Part shown: piece after piece, positions 1-8,356 of the stretch
Position numbering within the stretch: position 1 is the first letter of the stretch
How the letters are laid out: every line of letters starts with the position of its first letter
The notes under the pieces: model-generated
Databases searched by the model: none
Seen by the model: only the letters and a program-made list of their open reading frames with translations
What the model was told of the DNA's origin: nothing
Translations under genes and position numbers: made by a program
Virus record (IMG/VR): IMGVR_UViG_2541047787_000006
Location: 1-40,878 of that record
Reading direction: 5' to 3' (one strand)
Origin: a virus
Lineage: Duplodnaviria; Heunggongvirae; Uroviricota; Caudoviricetes
Length of the DNA stretch: 40,878 bases

Positions 1-516
1 ATGAAATTTAAAAAATGTCTTCTGCCTGTGGCAATGTTAGCGTCATTCACTCTGGCAGGATGCCAGTCAAATGCTGACGATCATGCCGCCGATGTTTATC
101 AAACCGATCAACTGAATACCAAACAAGAAACTAAAACCGTTAATATTATTTCCATTCTTCCCGCAAAAGTTGCCGTAGACAACTCCCAAAATAAACGGAA
201 CGCACAAGCCTTCGGCGCGCTTATTGGCGCAGTCGCTGGCGGTGTTATCGGCCACAACGTCGGTTCTGGCAGCAATTCCGGAACGACGGCAGGGGCAGTT
301 GGCGGCGGAGCTGTAGGCGCGGCAGCGGGTTCTATGGTGAATGATAAAACCTTAGTGGAAGGTGTTTCTTTAACATATAAGGAAGGCACCAAAGTGTATA
401 CCTCTACCCAGGTGGGTAAAGAGTGCCAGTTTACGACAGGTTTAGCCGTTGTTATTACCACAACGTATAACGAAACGCGTATTCAGCCAAATACTAAATG
501 TCCTGAAAAGAGCTAA
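1..516 (+). CDS. Host lipoprotein with glycine-rich (glycine-zipper-like) segment
   Basis: Signal peptide with lipobox LAGC; Gly/Ala-rich stretch GALIGAVAGGVIGHNVG typical of SlyB/Pcp-like outer membrane lipoproteins; lies outside the prophage. Confidence 0.6.
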   Translation: MKFKKCLLPVAMLASFTLAGCQSNADDHAADVYQTDQLNTKQETKTVNIISILPAKVAVDNSQNKRNAQAFGALIGAVAGGVIGHNVGSGSNSGTTAGAVGGGAVGAAAGSMVNDKTLVEGVSLTYKEGTKVYTSTQVGKECQFTTGLAVVITTTYNETRIQPNTKCPEKS

Positions 517-531
517 TAATCAGGAGGAGTC

Positions 532-1071
532 ATGAAGAAAGTTTTTCTTTGCGCCATCTTGGCCTCCTTAAGCTATCCGGCTATCGCCTCATCATTGCAG
601 GATCAACTCTCTGCTGTAGCAGAAGCTGAACAGCAAGGTAAAAATGAAGAGCAAAGGCAGCATGACGAATGGGTCGCGGAGCGCAACAGGGAAATCCAGC
701 AAGAGAAGCAACGTCGCGCAAATGCCCAGGCCGCCGCTAACAAAAGAGCGGCAACGGCAGCAGCAAATAAGAAAGCTCGTCAGGATAAACTGGACGCCGA
801 AGCCTCTGCGGACAAAAAACGCGATCAAAGTTATGAAGATGAGCTACGCAGCTTAGAGATTCAGAAACAAAAACTGGCGCTGGCGAAAGAAGAAGCCCGC
901 GTTAAGCGAGAAAACGAATTTATCGATCAGGAACTGAAGCACAAAGCTGCGCAAACCGATGTGGTGCAATCTGAAGCTGACGCCAACAGAAATATGACTG
1001 AAGGCGGTCGCGATCTGATGAAAAGCGTGGGCAAAGCAGAAGAGAACAAATCGGACAGCTGGTTTAATTAA
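532..1071 (+). CDS. Secreted coiled-coil protein, host, function unknown
   Basis: AGGAGG RBS at 522-527; N-terminal signal peptide; highly charged Q/K/E/A-rich body. Confidence 0.55.
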   Translation: MKKVFLCAILASLSYPAIASSLQDQLSAVAEAEQQGKNEEQRQHDEWVAERNREIQQEKQRRANAQAAANKRAATAAANKKARQDKLDAEASADKKRDQSYEDELRSLEIQKQKLALAKEEARVKRENEFIDQELKHKAAQTDVVQSEADANRNMTEGGRDLMKSVGKAEENKSDSWFN

Positions 1072-1111
1072 TCGATGTTAGTAACTTCAAGCCTATGATT
1101 CTTGAAGATAA

Positions 1112-1142
1112 AAAACCCTCTGTAGTAACAGAGGGTTTTGTT
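1112..1142 (+). terminator. Rho-independent terminator after the host operon
   Basis: Stem CCCTCTGT / ACAGAGGG with loop AGTA followed by TTTTGTT; preceded by an A-run, so possibly bidirectional. Confidence 0.6.
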
Positions 1143-1290
1143 CATTCATAGTGCAGGGATTAAAATCATTCCCACTCAATTATTTACGGCAGCCATAACC
1201 AATTGAGTGATAACATTTTTCCAAAACCTCATTTTTTTAGTACCGTTTTATATACCGTCACCGGAAATCAGTACCATGAAAAATGCCATG

Positions 1291-1773
1291 CTATCTTGTC
1301 AGGGTGTCATACTGTTTTTCGCAGACTCTTCCGGCTTCGGCTGCCCGGTCAGCATACTCTGCCAGTTGTCTGTTTCTCTCGAGAGATTTGCTGAGCACGT
1401 CGGCAAGCAAAACTCCGGTGTCTGCGGCTGACGTCCCAGCGCCGACAATGGCGTTATACTGCCTGAGCTGCTCACGGATGGCAAAGAGCTGTTGCTGCAA
1501 CCGGACAGCGCGAGCGGCAGCATCAAGAGCATCATTGCGCGCCTGGTCGATCCTCTGCTGAGCTTCACGTTCATTGGTCGTTTTCTCCTGTTCGTAGTGC
1601 TGACGAACTCTCTCATCTTCAGCTTTGCGGTCTTCCTTCGCCTGCGCATACCCGGCGTTGTACTGACGACTTCCGTGTACATTCCAGGCTGCAACTCCTG
1701 ATATGACCAGAACAGCAAGCATCACCATGATAACCAACTGTTTCCTGTATGCTTTTGCGAATGCCCAGATCAT
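1291..1773 (-). CDS. Rz-like i-spanin
   Basis: N-terminal transmembrane segment, coiled-coil charged periplasmic domain; directly downstream of and overlapping the endolysin gene. Confidence 0.7.
   Translation of the reverse strand: MIWAFAKAYRKQLVIMVMLAVLVISGVAAWNVHGSRQYNAGYAQAKEDRKAEDERVRQHYEQEKTTNEREAQQRIDQARNDALDAAARAVRLQQQLFAIREQLRQYNAIVGAGTSAADTGVLLADVLSKSLERNRQLAEYADRAAEAGRVCEKQYDTLTR
1299..1535 (-). CDS. Rz1-like o-spanin lipoprotein embedded in Rz in another frame
   Basis: Internal start [13 protein letters not shown] gives a lipobox signal peptide (LSGC) followed by a Pro/Ser-rich body; wholly inside the Rz ORF in the +1 frame. Confidence 0.5.
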   Translation of the reverse strand: MMLLMLPLALSGCSNSSLPSVSSSGSITPLSALGRQPQTPEFCLPTCSANLSRETDNWQSMLTGQPKPEESAKNSMTP

Positions 1774-2399
1774 ACCGCCAGCACCTTACTGGCAGTGATG
1801 TACCGCGCGCGCCGGTCGTCGATGCCGTTCCGGCCACCATTGATAATCAGAGTTACACGTGCAATATCGCCGGTATACTTCATGCAACCTTTGCTGGAGA
1901 AGAACCACGCCGCGCTACGAGCCGCGTATTCGTCCTGCGCCAGCAGTTCAGGATTCTCCAGCAAGTCCACTTTCAAGCCGTTTCCGCAGTCACGATAGTT
2001 ATTCAAACCAGTAATCTGGATAAGTCCGCGACCTCGGTAATTCCAGCCATCGCCGGGGGCATTGTTCCCCATGCGTTTGCTGTATACCAGATTTGCGATC
2101 GCTCGCTGGCGCTCGAGTGGCAATGGTGGCTCACCAGCACGGCGACCCAGTGCATTAGCCTGCCCCTGAGTGAGACGCCCAGCCCGAACGAAGTTATCCA
2201 GTCCGCTGACGCTGTAGTTGAAATTCTCCTGCAACCGGGTGAAGCCCCCAGACTCATGCCCGACTTGAGCAATAAACATTGCCTGATCTTCTGCTTTGCT
2301 GATACCAAACTCTTTCATCGCAGAAGTTATATGCGAGAACCAGCGAGCGGACAGCACCTCGCTAATACCAGCAGCTCGCTGGAATTGCTTAATCTCCAT
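1770..2399 (-). CDS. Endolysin, glycoside hydrolase family 19 (chitinase-like lysozyme)
   Basis: Motifs [24 protein letters not shown] and WFF typical of GH19 phage endolysins; position in lysis cassette. Confidence 0.85.
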   Translation of the reverse strand: MEIKQFQRAAGISEVLSARWFSHITSAMKEFGISKAEDQAMFIAQVGHESGGFTRLQENFNYSVSGLDNFVRAGRLTQGQANALGRRAGEPPLPLERQRAIANLVYSKRMGNNAPGDGWNYRGRGLIQITGLNNYRDCGNGLKVDLLENPELLAQDEYAARSAAWFFSSKGCMKYTGDIARVTLIINGGRNGIDDRRARYITASKVLAV

Positions 2400-2697
2400 C
2401 TTTAGACCTCGTTATTTTGAAAATCTGAACGACGTTACCGCGCGTTTTAATAACCGCAGCAAGCATGACAGCATTGATAATGACCTCAGATAAATCCACA
2501 GCCATTGGCGTGCGTAACCAGATTGCATAAACGACACGAACAGGAATACTGGCCGCAGCAACAATCAGGAAATAAGCAAGCCACCCTCCCCATCTTCGGT
2601 GTTGAGAACCGTTGCGCCGGAATGTGACAACGCGAATTGCTATACCAGTACAAATAACTGCATTGGTGATTAGCAAAAAAAGCTCATGAGTTACCAT
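2389..2697 (-). CDS. Small lysis-cassette membrane protein (second holin or antiholin-like)
   Basis: 102 aa with 2-3 predicted transmembrane helices; sits between holin and endolysin, overlapping both. Confidence 0.45.
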   Translation of the reverse strand: MVTHELFLLITNAVICTGIAIRVVTFRRNGSQHRRWGGWLAYFLIVAAASIPVRVVYAIWLRTPMAVDLSEVIINAVMLAAVIKTRGNVVQIFKITRSKDGD

Positions 2698-3100
2698 CGT
2701 CGTTTCTCCCAGGCATTAAGTCGCGTGGATTATCAGAGCGGTGATAGAGCCATATTCCAATACGCACTGCTACAATCGCTGACACAAATGCGCCAGCAGA
2801 GAAGACAACCCCGTTCTCGAAAGAATCCTGCGTAATGGTAGGGATTAGACTGGCTATTCCTATAAGAATTGATGCTGTCGCTTTGTAGAAGAGAAGACCG
2901 CAAAGGAAGCTGAGAATAGCCAAGAATAACCGCCGTTTTATTGGATACTCAACTGCAGAGGTAACAAAAATTACCGCACCAGCAAGAGCACCAAGCGCGA
3001 CTTCTGGAGGAACCCCGGCAACAACAGAAGCCAGCGCACCAAGGCTAATCCCCTGATTAAGTGACTCCGTTGTCAGCGTGGTTGCCATAGTGACCACCAT
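2684..3100 (-). CDS. Holin
   Basis: 138 aa, multiple hydrophobic helices, charged C-terminus; first gene of the lysis cassette. Confidence 0.6.
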   Translation of the reverse strand: MVVTMATTLTTESLNQGISLGALASVVAGVPPEVALGALAGAVIFVTSAVEYPIKRRLFLAILSFLCGLLFYKATASILIGIASLIPTITQDSFENGVVFSAGAFVSAIVAVRIGIWLYHRSDNPRDLMPGRNDDGNS

Positions 3101-3285
3101 TTATTGTGCATAATGAACCTCCCTTAGTTGGTGAGCTTATCATACACAACAAACCATATATGGTTAAAAAATATTAAAGATAATAGTAAAAGATTGCCTT
3201 CATGGACAGATTTAGGGATAGTTGCTATCCCTAAAAAATGTGATTTATGTATTGAAATAATAAGTACGGTTTTGCAGCATTATTG

Positions 3286-5532
3286 TTATGATATTTTCTT
3301 CCATGCAAATGCTGTAGTGCCAGTTGCTTTATACCACTCAAACTGACCAGCAGTTGTGTCAAGATATTCTTCTCCAATATATCTTGGAACTACATTGTTT
3401 ATTGGGTTTTGCGCCTGTTTCCTAACAAAGAAACGATCATCCCAAAGCTTTTGTGTTTCATAGTTTAGAAATGACATTCCAGCGATGGTTAATAATGGTG
3501 ATCCTGATGATTGATTTGAATTAATATACATACTAATCACATGCCATCCTCGTGATGCTATATGTATACGTGCCGATTTTTGAGTATCATACGATGAGTT
3601 TCTATCTATTGAAAGTGTATTATCTTTAACATTTAAGTTTAATGTTGCAGATGGTTTTGATTTAATATCACTATTAATAATTTCAACAACTCTATCATCA
3701 AGAGAATATTGTGATTGAGGAAGTCCAAAATCAAGCTCTATAGATAAAGCTGAATTTGCCACAATAATGCTTGGGGTGAAAATAAGATCATCCTCATCAG
3801 CGTAGAAGCATATAAACACTTTATTCCCATACTGGCTTGTTTCAACAACATAACCACCAGTGTAACTTGCTAACGGCGGGCTAACCATTGATGGTTTATT
3901 TAACTGAGTTCCCCATGCCCCATCCTTTAGCTTCATAGATGTTTCGAAAGTTCTTACATTAATATTTGTTCCTGATTTAACTTTCGTTGGGTTATTAAAT
4001 TTAGAAAGTAGAAAAGCAAAAACTTTTGCCGCAAGGTATTTATAACCTTCCTCACGAAAATGAACATTATCACTAAATCTTGTAGAGTCGATACCGTAAA
4101 AAACCTCTACACCGTCAAGAACTGGTATCCCGTATTGTTCTCCAATATTAAAAACAGCTTCTCTATAAGCATCAAGAAGCCTTACATTTGCACCATATTT
4201 TTTCTGTGGAGGTGGAGTTATCAAAATTACAGCAGCACCCTTTACAAGTTCTCTCGCAATTATTTTCTTATAATAAAAAATATAGTCTGATATTGACTGG
4301 TAAGGGCTGAATCCCTGTGCAGCATCATTTGTTCCGTACATGATAATAGTTAAATCACTATTAACATTTACATCCCAATCACCCCACCCTAATTTAGTAT
4401 TATCACCTGAATAGCCTTGGTTAATAACATTAATGGATGATGAAAATGCTTGCTGAAGATAGCCTTGCAACGCCTGAGGGTAAGTTGTCGCCGCCCTTGT
4501 TTTATTATGAACACGACCTGATGCTGTAGGAGTTGTATCTGGTGGAGTCGGTGCAATTATAGTGTCTTCTCCATATGTCAGGGAATCACCTCGGCAAACG
4601 ATGGTTATCGCGTCTGAATCACGTGCTACCTTTTCTGCATACTTGCTAAGATTTAGTCTCTGAAGCGCATGCAACTGCTTACCTGGAATTTTCTGGGTTC
4701 CGATATCAACTATGTCATTTTGAACAAGTTGAGAAGCGGAAACACCAGCAATACTTACATCACTGTTTACGTCAGAAAGATCACTGCGTAAAGACGCATC
4801 ACCCACACCTCTCCAAGCGCCAGGACCAACACCACCAGTAGTGGTAGGAGTTGATCCTGGAGGAACTACTTTGGGCAGTGGCCCGTCCCATCTGTAGTAT
4901 TCGCCGTTGCTTTCCCAGAGAAGAACATCGTTAAGATAGATGATGGTATTACCCAACTCAAAAGATTTCTTCGTGTTATAGCCATACAATCCATTTTCTA
5001 AGGTTTCAATAATGGTGCTAAGTATGGTACTAAATTTTGCATAAAGATCATCAGTATATTTTTTTGTAGCAGCATCTTGGGGAAGAGATGGATCACGAAG
5101 ATTTCTAATATAATTTGAAAGCGCGTCATAAAAAATTGCTACGTCATTTGGCTTTCTTAAAGCCAACTTATCATTTCTTAATGATTGTTGAATGAGCATA
5201 GTAAGTTTATCAAACGCATCCTCATGTACCTCAGCGAAGAACTTACCCTGATTACGTAAATCCGTTTCCTGAGTAGCTGGTAGTTCTCGTGATATAGATA
5301 TCTGATGACCGTTAGCCAACGCCTTCGAGAGAATTACATTACCGCCGTTGTACCCTCCTGCTCCGGTGACGATGTAATCTGTATCAAGAACCAGTACGTT
5401 TATATTCTCGTTAATGTCAACAACCTGTACTACCAGATCTGATTTTTTGAAGATCCTAAATTTGTAAGGGAATGTCGTCGTAACACCATTACCAGTGTAT
5501 TCGTTGTGGTTAACTTCGGTTGAGACCGTCAT
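3286..5532 (-). CDS. Tailspike / tail fibre with conserved podovirus N-terminal anchor and C-terminal SGNH (GDSL) hydrolase domain
   Basis: N-terminus EYTGNGVTTTFPYKF resembles the T7 gp17-type anchor; GDSLTYG, GTNDA and DNVHF motifs of SGNH esterases in the middle; AT-rich receptor-binding portion. Confidence 0.85.
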   Translation of the reverse strand: MTVSTEVNHNEYTGNGVTTTFPYKFRIFKKSDLVVQVVDINENINVLVLDTDYIVTGAGGYNGGNVILSKALANGHQISISRELPATQETDLRNQGKFFAEVHEDAFDKLTMLIQQSLRNDKLALRKPNDVAIFYDALSNYIRNLRDPSLPQDAATKKYTDDLYAKFSTILSTIIETLENGLYGYNTKKSFELGNTIIYLNDVLLWESNGEYYRWDGPLPKVVPPGSTPTTTGGVGPGAWRGVGDASLRSDLSDVNSDVSIAGVSASQLVQNDIVDIGTQKIPGKQLHALQRLNLSKYAEKVARDSDAITIVCRGDSLTYGEDTIIAPTPPDTTPTASGRVHNKTRAATTYPQALQGYLQQAFSSSINVINQGYSGDNTKLGWGDWDVNVNSDLTIIMYGTNDAAQGFSPYQSISDYIFYYKKIIARELVKGAAVILITPPPQKKYGANVRLLDAYREAVFNIGEQYGIPVLDGVEVFYGIDSTRFSDNVHFREEGYKYLAAKVFAFLLSKFNNPTKVKSGTNINVRTFETSMKLKDGAWGTQLNKPSMVSPPLASYTGGYVVETSQYGNKVFICFYADEDDLIFTPSIIVANSALSIELDFGLPQSQYSLDDRVVEIINSDIKSKPSATLNLNVKDNTLSIDRNSSYDTQKSARIHIASRGWHVISMYINSNQSSGSPLLTIAGMSFLNYETQKLWDDRFFVRKQAQNPINNVVPRYIGEEYLDTTAGQFEWYKATGTTAFAWKKIS

Positions 5533-5636
5533 GTTAAATCTCCAGATAGTCGCAGCACCCGTTGCGCCGCATATCTGGTTATTCTATTACCTGAAAAACC
5601 ACATATGGATAGAAAGACTGTAAATACGAATAGATA

Positions 5637-5651
5637 TTACCTTTCAGGTGA
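5637..5651. promoter_or_regulatory. Operator-like palindrome TTACCTTTCAGGTGA
   Basis: Matches the TTACC-N5-GGTAA family found in the immunity region; an extra TTACC half-site lies at 5587-5591. Confidence 0.45.
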
Positions 5652-5690
5652 TTTGCAAAACGTGCTGGATAGCAAACAAATTATTTGATA

Positions 5691-5706
5691 CTGTATAAAT
5701 ATACAG
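5691..5706. promoter_or_regulatory. LexA (SOS) box CTGTATAAATATACAG
   Basis: Perfect CTGT-N8-ACAG dyad with AT-rich spacer, flanked as TACTGTATAAATATACAGTT, about 20 bp upstream of the 5728 start codon and next to a TTGATA hexamer. Confidence 0.6.
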
Positions 5707-5727
5707 TTATTGCATGGAGAAGATAAG

Positions 5728-5985
5728 ATGCAGCAGTATCACTATCCACTGGAAGACGGATTTACCGAAAGGATTCACACGCCGGGAGGCGTCAGGTCAC
5801 TGGTGGAGGGATCGCACTTGATGAAATTACTCCGGGATCTCGATAAGGATGGATTTAATGTCGATGGCCCACTTGCCGAACTGACTGCACTGATTAACTA
5901 CGTCACCAGCTCACAGATGTCTATGCAGGATCTGCAAACACATCTCGACTATTGTGCCGAACAATTACGAAAACAAACCCGGTAA
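5728..5985 (+). CDS. Small protein homologous to the C-terminal domain of the antirepressor at 7373-8029; candidate SOS-induced antirepressor
   Basis: GGAGA RBS 7 nt upstream; product IHTPGGVRSLVEGSHLMKLL..DLQTH aligns with [25 protein letters not shown] of the 7373 protein; the ORF track start at 5710 is TTG without an RBS. Confidence 0.5.
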   Translation: MQQYHYPLEDGFTERIHTPGGVRSLVEGSHLMKLLRDLDKDGFNVDGPLAELTALINYVTSSQMSMQDLQTHLDYCAEQLRKQTR

Positions 5986-5992
5986 ATTTAAA

Positions 5993-6008
5993 GGCCGCAA
6001 GAGCGGCC
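5993..6008. terminator. Hairpin GGCCGC-AAGA-GCGGCC in the 24-bp gap between convergent genes
   Basis: 6-bp GC stem with tetraloop exactly between the stop codons at 5985 and 6010; no long T-run. Confidence 0.4.
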
Positions 6009-6009
6009 A

Positions 6010-6516
6010 TTAACAGTCGTAAAATTCCGGGTCCCACAAACTTGCATCGCGCGGCATGGATTCTAAATTTTTCAGCCGCAAAATTCTGTCACACTCGACA
6101 AGAAGTTTTTGTTTTTGTTCGTCAATTTCTACTTTTTTGTGTGCTGGCTCATCCCAGTAATCCAGAAGAAACGCATGTCGCTCAGACGTTACAAGATAAA
6201 TCACATACACATCACTGGTTGGTATTTTTTTATGCTTGTTGGTGGCCTTGTCTTTCTTCCCGGATGCCCAGTTTTTCCAGCATTGTTCCGTACCGCTCTC
6301 ACCAAACTTGTCAGTATAGTTTCCGATGTTTACGTGAACGTGGCGTATGTGATATTCCAGCATCTCTTTCGGTGGATCCCGAAACAGAGTGTCCTTTCCG
6401 AAATCCTTATGATGACCGTAGCGCCAGTGATCTATGAACGCGTTTTTGATAGGTATTAGCTCAGGGTCCTTCCCAAAAATTCCAGGGTGAACCAACCCCT
6501 GGAATTTATTCAGCAT
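6010..6516 (-). CDS. YafO-like toxin-domain protein (putative mRNA interferase-type toxin), module 1
   Basis: Motifs FGKD..F.DP, RHVHVN, IPTSD, VIYLVT and EPAHK resemble the YafO family as recalled from memory; paralogous to 8331-8876; start ATG at 6516 overlaps the upstream stop (ATGCTGAATAA). Confidence 0.45.
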   Translation of the reverse strand: MLNKFQGLVHPGIFGKDPELIPIKNAFIDHWRYGHHKDFGKDTLFRDPPKEMLEYHIRHVHVNIGNYTDKFGESGTEQCWKNWASGKKDKATNKHKKIPTSDVYVIYLVTSERHAFLLDYWDEPAHKKVEIDEQKQKLLVECDRILRLKNLESMPRDASLWDPEFYDC

Positions 6517-6925
6517 CGTCGTAGAGCTCCTGAGCCATATCTTCGGCAGTGCGTGCAAACATCCTGCGCGAGATTGCATGAGATTTCTCGACGGACATCT
6601 TTGGGACCTCATGCATAACATTTTTGGGAGTTGTGTAATAGCCTATTACAATTTTCACACCTGACTTATGATTAATATCAGCATAATATACTTCTTGTTC
6701 AGACGTTTCACGACGAACATAATCTGCCAGTTTTCCACATTTAAATTCCCCTCCCTGATGTTTTAAAATCTCCTCAACTGCACTATTTTCAGTGAAATAC
6801 CGAATAAGAAATTTCTGTCCAGTCTCTTCAGCATGAGGTATAACAGTATTATTGGAAGCCCGAACAATGGCCTTACTCAATATTTCATGGTCTTTATTTT
6901 TTTCTGATTTCCTCAAATGCTGCAT
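6506..6925 (-). CDS. Upstream partner of toxin-like gene (candidate antitoxin or immunity protein), no recognisable family
   Basis: 139 aa from the ATG at 6925; overlaps the downstream start by 11 nt; C-terminal tail KMSVEKSHAISRRMFARTAEDMAQELYDDAE resembles the tail of the 8177 small ORF. Confidence 0.4.
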   Translation of the reverse strand: MQHLRKSEKNKDHEILSKAIVRASNNTVIPHAEETGQKFLIRYFTENSAVEEILKHQGGEFKCGKLADYVRRETSEQEVYYADINHKSGVKIVIGYYTTPKNVMHEVPKMSVEKSHAISRRMFARTAEDMAQELYDDAE

Positions 6926-6961
6926 TACTGTAGCTCTCTTCGTGTTCACGGGCACCCCCAA

Positions 6962-6976
6962 CTACCTCTAGGGTAA
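6962..6976. promoter_or_regulatory. Operator-like palindrome CTACCTCTAGGGTAA upstream of module 1
   Basis: TTACC-N5-GGTAA family member about 40 bp upstream of the 6925 start on the minus strand; TTGCCA and TAGAAT hexamers immediately upstream on that strand. Confidence 0.45.
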
Positions 6977-7057
6977 ACATTCTATCGAAAGTATACGCAT
7001 ACTGGCAAAAAAATAGGCAGGTATTTTCTGAAATGGGATCAATCAAACCACATAGGG

Positions 7058-7101
7058 TTGAAATAACGTGAGTTATGCATTTATTATTACCTTTGCGGTA
7101 A
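7058..7101 (+). promoter_or_regulatory. Sigma70-like promoter (TTGAAA-N17-TTATTA) with overlapping operator TTACCTTTGCGGTAA at 7087-7101
   Basis: Hexamers read directly; perfect TTACC-N5-GGTAA dyad at the predicted transcription start. Confidence 0.5.
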
Positions 7102-7192
7102 ATTTACATCGCACTCCTCTTGTGCCATAGTAATCGGGCACTGGCAAAATCCAGTGCCGGGATTGGTCTCCCGGATTACTAAGTGGCGCATA

Positions 7193-7214
7193 CCACGCCA
7201 GACGTGGTTTTTTT
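7193..7214 (+). terminator. Rho-independent terminator inside the antirepressor leader
   Basis: Stem CCACG / CGTGG, loop CCAGA, followed by seven T; about 120 nt downstream of the 7058 promoter and 160 nt upstream of the 7373 start. Confidence 0.55.
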
Positions 7215-7372
7215 ATGCGTATAGCACAGTCATGCCAGAATTATGGTGGGCTGAATGGGGGTCCGAAAGGACGCCGGTACCACTTAGGCCGGTAAGACCA
7301 ACTCCGTTCAGTTCACCACCATCTGATTGGTCTCAGCGGTGGTGATGTAATTCGCTAAGTGGAGACGCCATC

Positions 7373-8029
7373 ATGAACGCTCAACTCATCCCCGTATTCA
7401 ACGGCACTATATCTAACGAAACAGCCCTACTTTGTAATGCCCGCGATCTGCACGCTTTTTTAGGTGTTAAAAAGGTGTTTGCAGCATGGATTACAAATCG
7501 CATATCAGAATACGAATTCATTGAAAATCAAGACTATATTTTGCTTTCCAATTTGGGAAAGCAAACATCTGGTAGAGGCGGCCACAACCGCAAAGAGTAC
7601 CACCTTACCCTTGATACAGCCAAAGAGCTGGCGATGGTCGAGCGTAACGAAAAAGGTCGCCAGGTGCGACGCTACTTCATTGAATGCGAGAAACGTTTAA
7701 GACAACAAGAAACAAAAGTGGAGAAGGTCTTGTCAGGCTTCATGCCCGCCATTATGGAGGCGATCAAGCTGGAAGACAAAAAAGAATACAGTGCCCCGCT
7801 GAAGCCCGGCTACCGCAGCCTGATTCATTCTCCGTCTGGTGTTCTCGGCCTGACGGAAAACTCACTGCTGATGAATCTGCTGAACCAGTTACAGGAAGAC
7901 GGGCACGACGTATCGGGCGCGGCGGCGGAGCTGACCACCATGTTCTGCTACATCGTCGGTGTGAGCAAATGCCTGCGTGATATCCAGACCCACGCGGAGT
8001 ACATCAACGACAAGGCTGGGTTCTTCTGA
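7373..8029 (+). CDS. Antirepressor, AntA/AntB-type N-terminal domain plus C-terminal domain shared with the 5728 protein
   Basis: N-terminal [34 protein letters not shown] matches the AntA antirepressor pattern; GGAG RBS at 7361. Confidence 0.7.
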   Translation: MNAQLIPVFNGTISNETALLCNARDLHAFLGVKKVFAAWITNRISEYEFIENQDYILLSNLGKQTSGRGGHNRKEYHLTLDTAKELAMVERNEKGRQVRRYFIECEKRLRQQETKVEKVLSGFMPAIMEAIKLEDKKEYSAPLKPGYRSLIHSPSGVLGLTENSLLMNLLNQLQEDGHDVSGAAAELTTMFCYIVGVSKCLRDIQTHAEYINDKAGFF

Positions 8030-8073
8030 CGGGCGGCGGCACAGGGATGTGCCTTTAAATAATTCTGTACAGA

Positions 8074-8116
8074 TTGCAGACTGTGGGTGAATAGCGTACT
8101 ATTACCTCAAGGGTAA
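8074..8116 (+). promoter_or_regulatory. Sigma70-like promoter (TTGCAG-N17-TACTAT) with overlapping operator TTACCTCAAGGGTAA at 8102-8116
   Basis: Same promoter-operator architecture as at 7058 and 35639. Confidence 0.45.
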
Positions 8117-8176
8117 ACGGATTGGTTTCATTTTTATTAATCCGTGTAATGAACTTATGAGATATGAGGTAATGTC

Positions 8177-8356
8177 ATGCGAAACGAAAAATTGCAGATG
8201 CGTAGAGCGCAAGCTGCCGCAAGACGTTCTTTCAATGGAAGCGTAGAGTACGTAAAAGTTACTATGACAAAAGATCACGCAAGTCGCGTATCCAGCGCTT
8301 TCTTTGATTCTCGTAACAATAAGGAAAATTATGAGTTCGTCTGCGTCGCAGAATGA
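8177..8356 (+). CDS. Small 59-aa protein overlapping the start of toxin-like gene (candidate antitoxin), module 2
   Basis: Not in the ORF track (under 60 aa); GAGG RBS at 8166-8169, ATG at 8177; overlaps the 8331 gene by 26 nt; tail KVTMTKDHASRVSSAFF...VAE resembles the C-terminus of the 6506-6925 product. Confidence 0.35.
   Translation: MRNEKLQMRRAQAAARRSFNGSVEYVKVTMTKDHASRVSSAFFDSRNNKENYEFVCVAE

Noticed and set aside
3128-3346. 72-aa plus-strand ORF between the holin and the tailspike
   Set aside because: Lies in an AT-rich intergenic region and overlaps the tailspike 3' end on the opposite strand; no RBS; likely spurious
8065-8080. Possible LexA box CTGTACAGATTGCAGA upstream of module 2
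   Set aside because: The right half-site is CAGA shifted by one base relative to CTGT-N8-ACAG; it does not satisfy the dyad, unlike the site at 5691-5706
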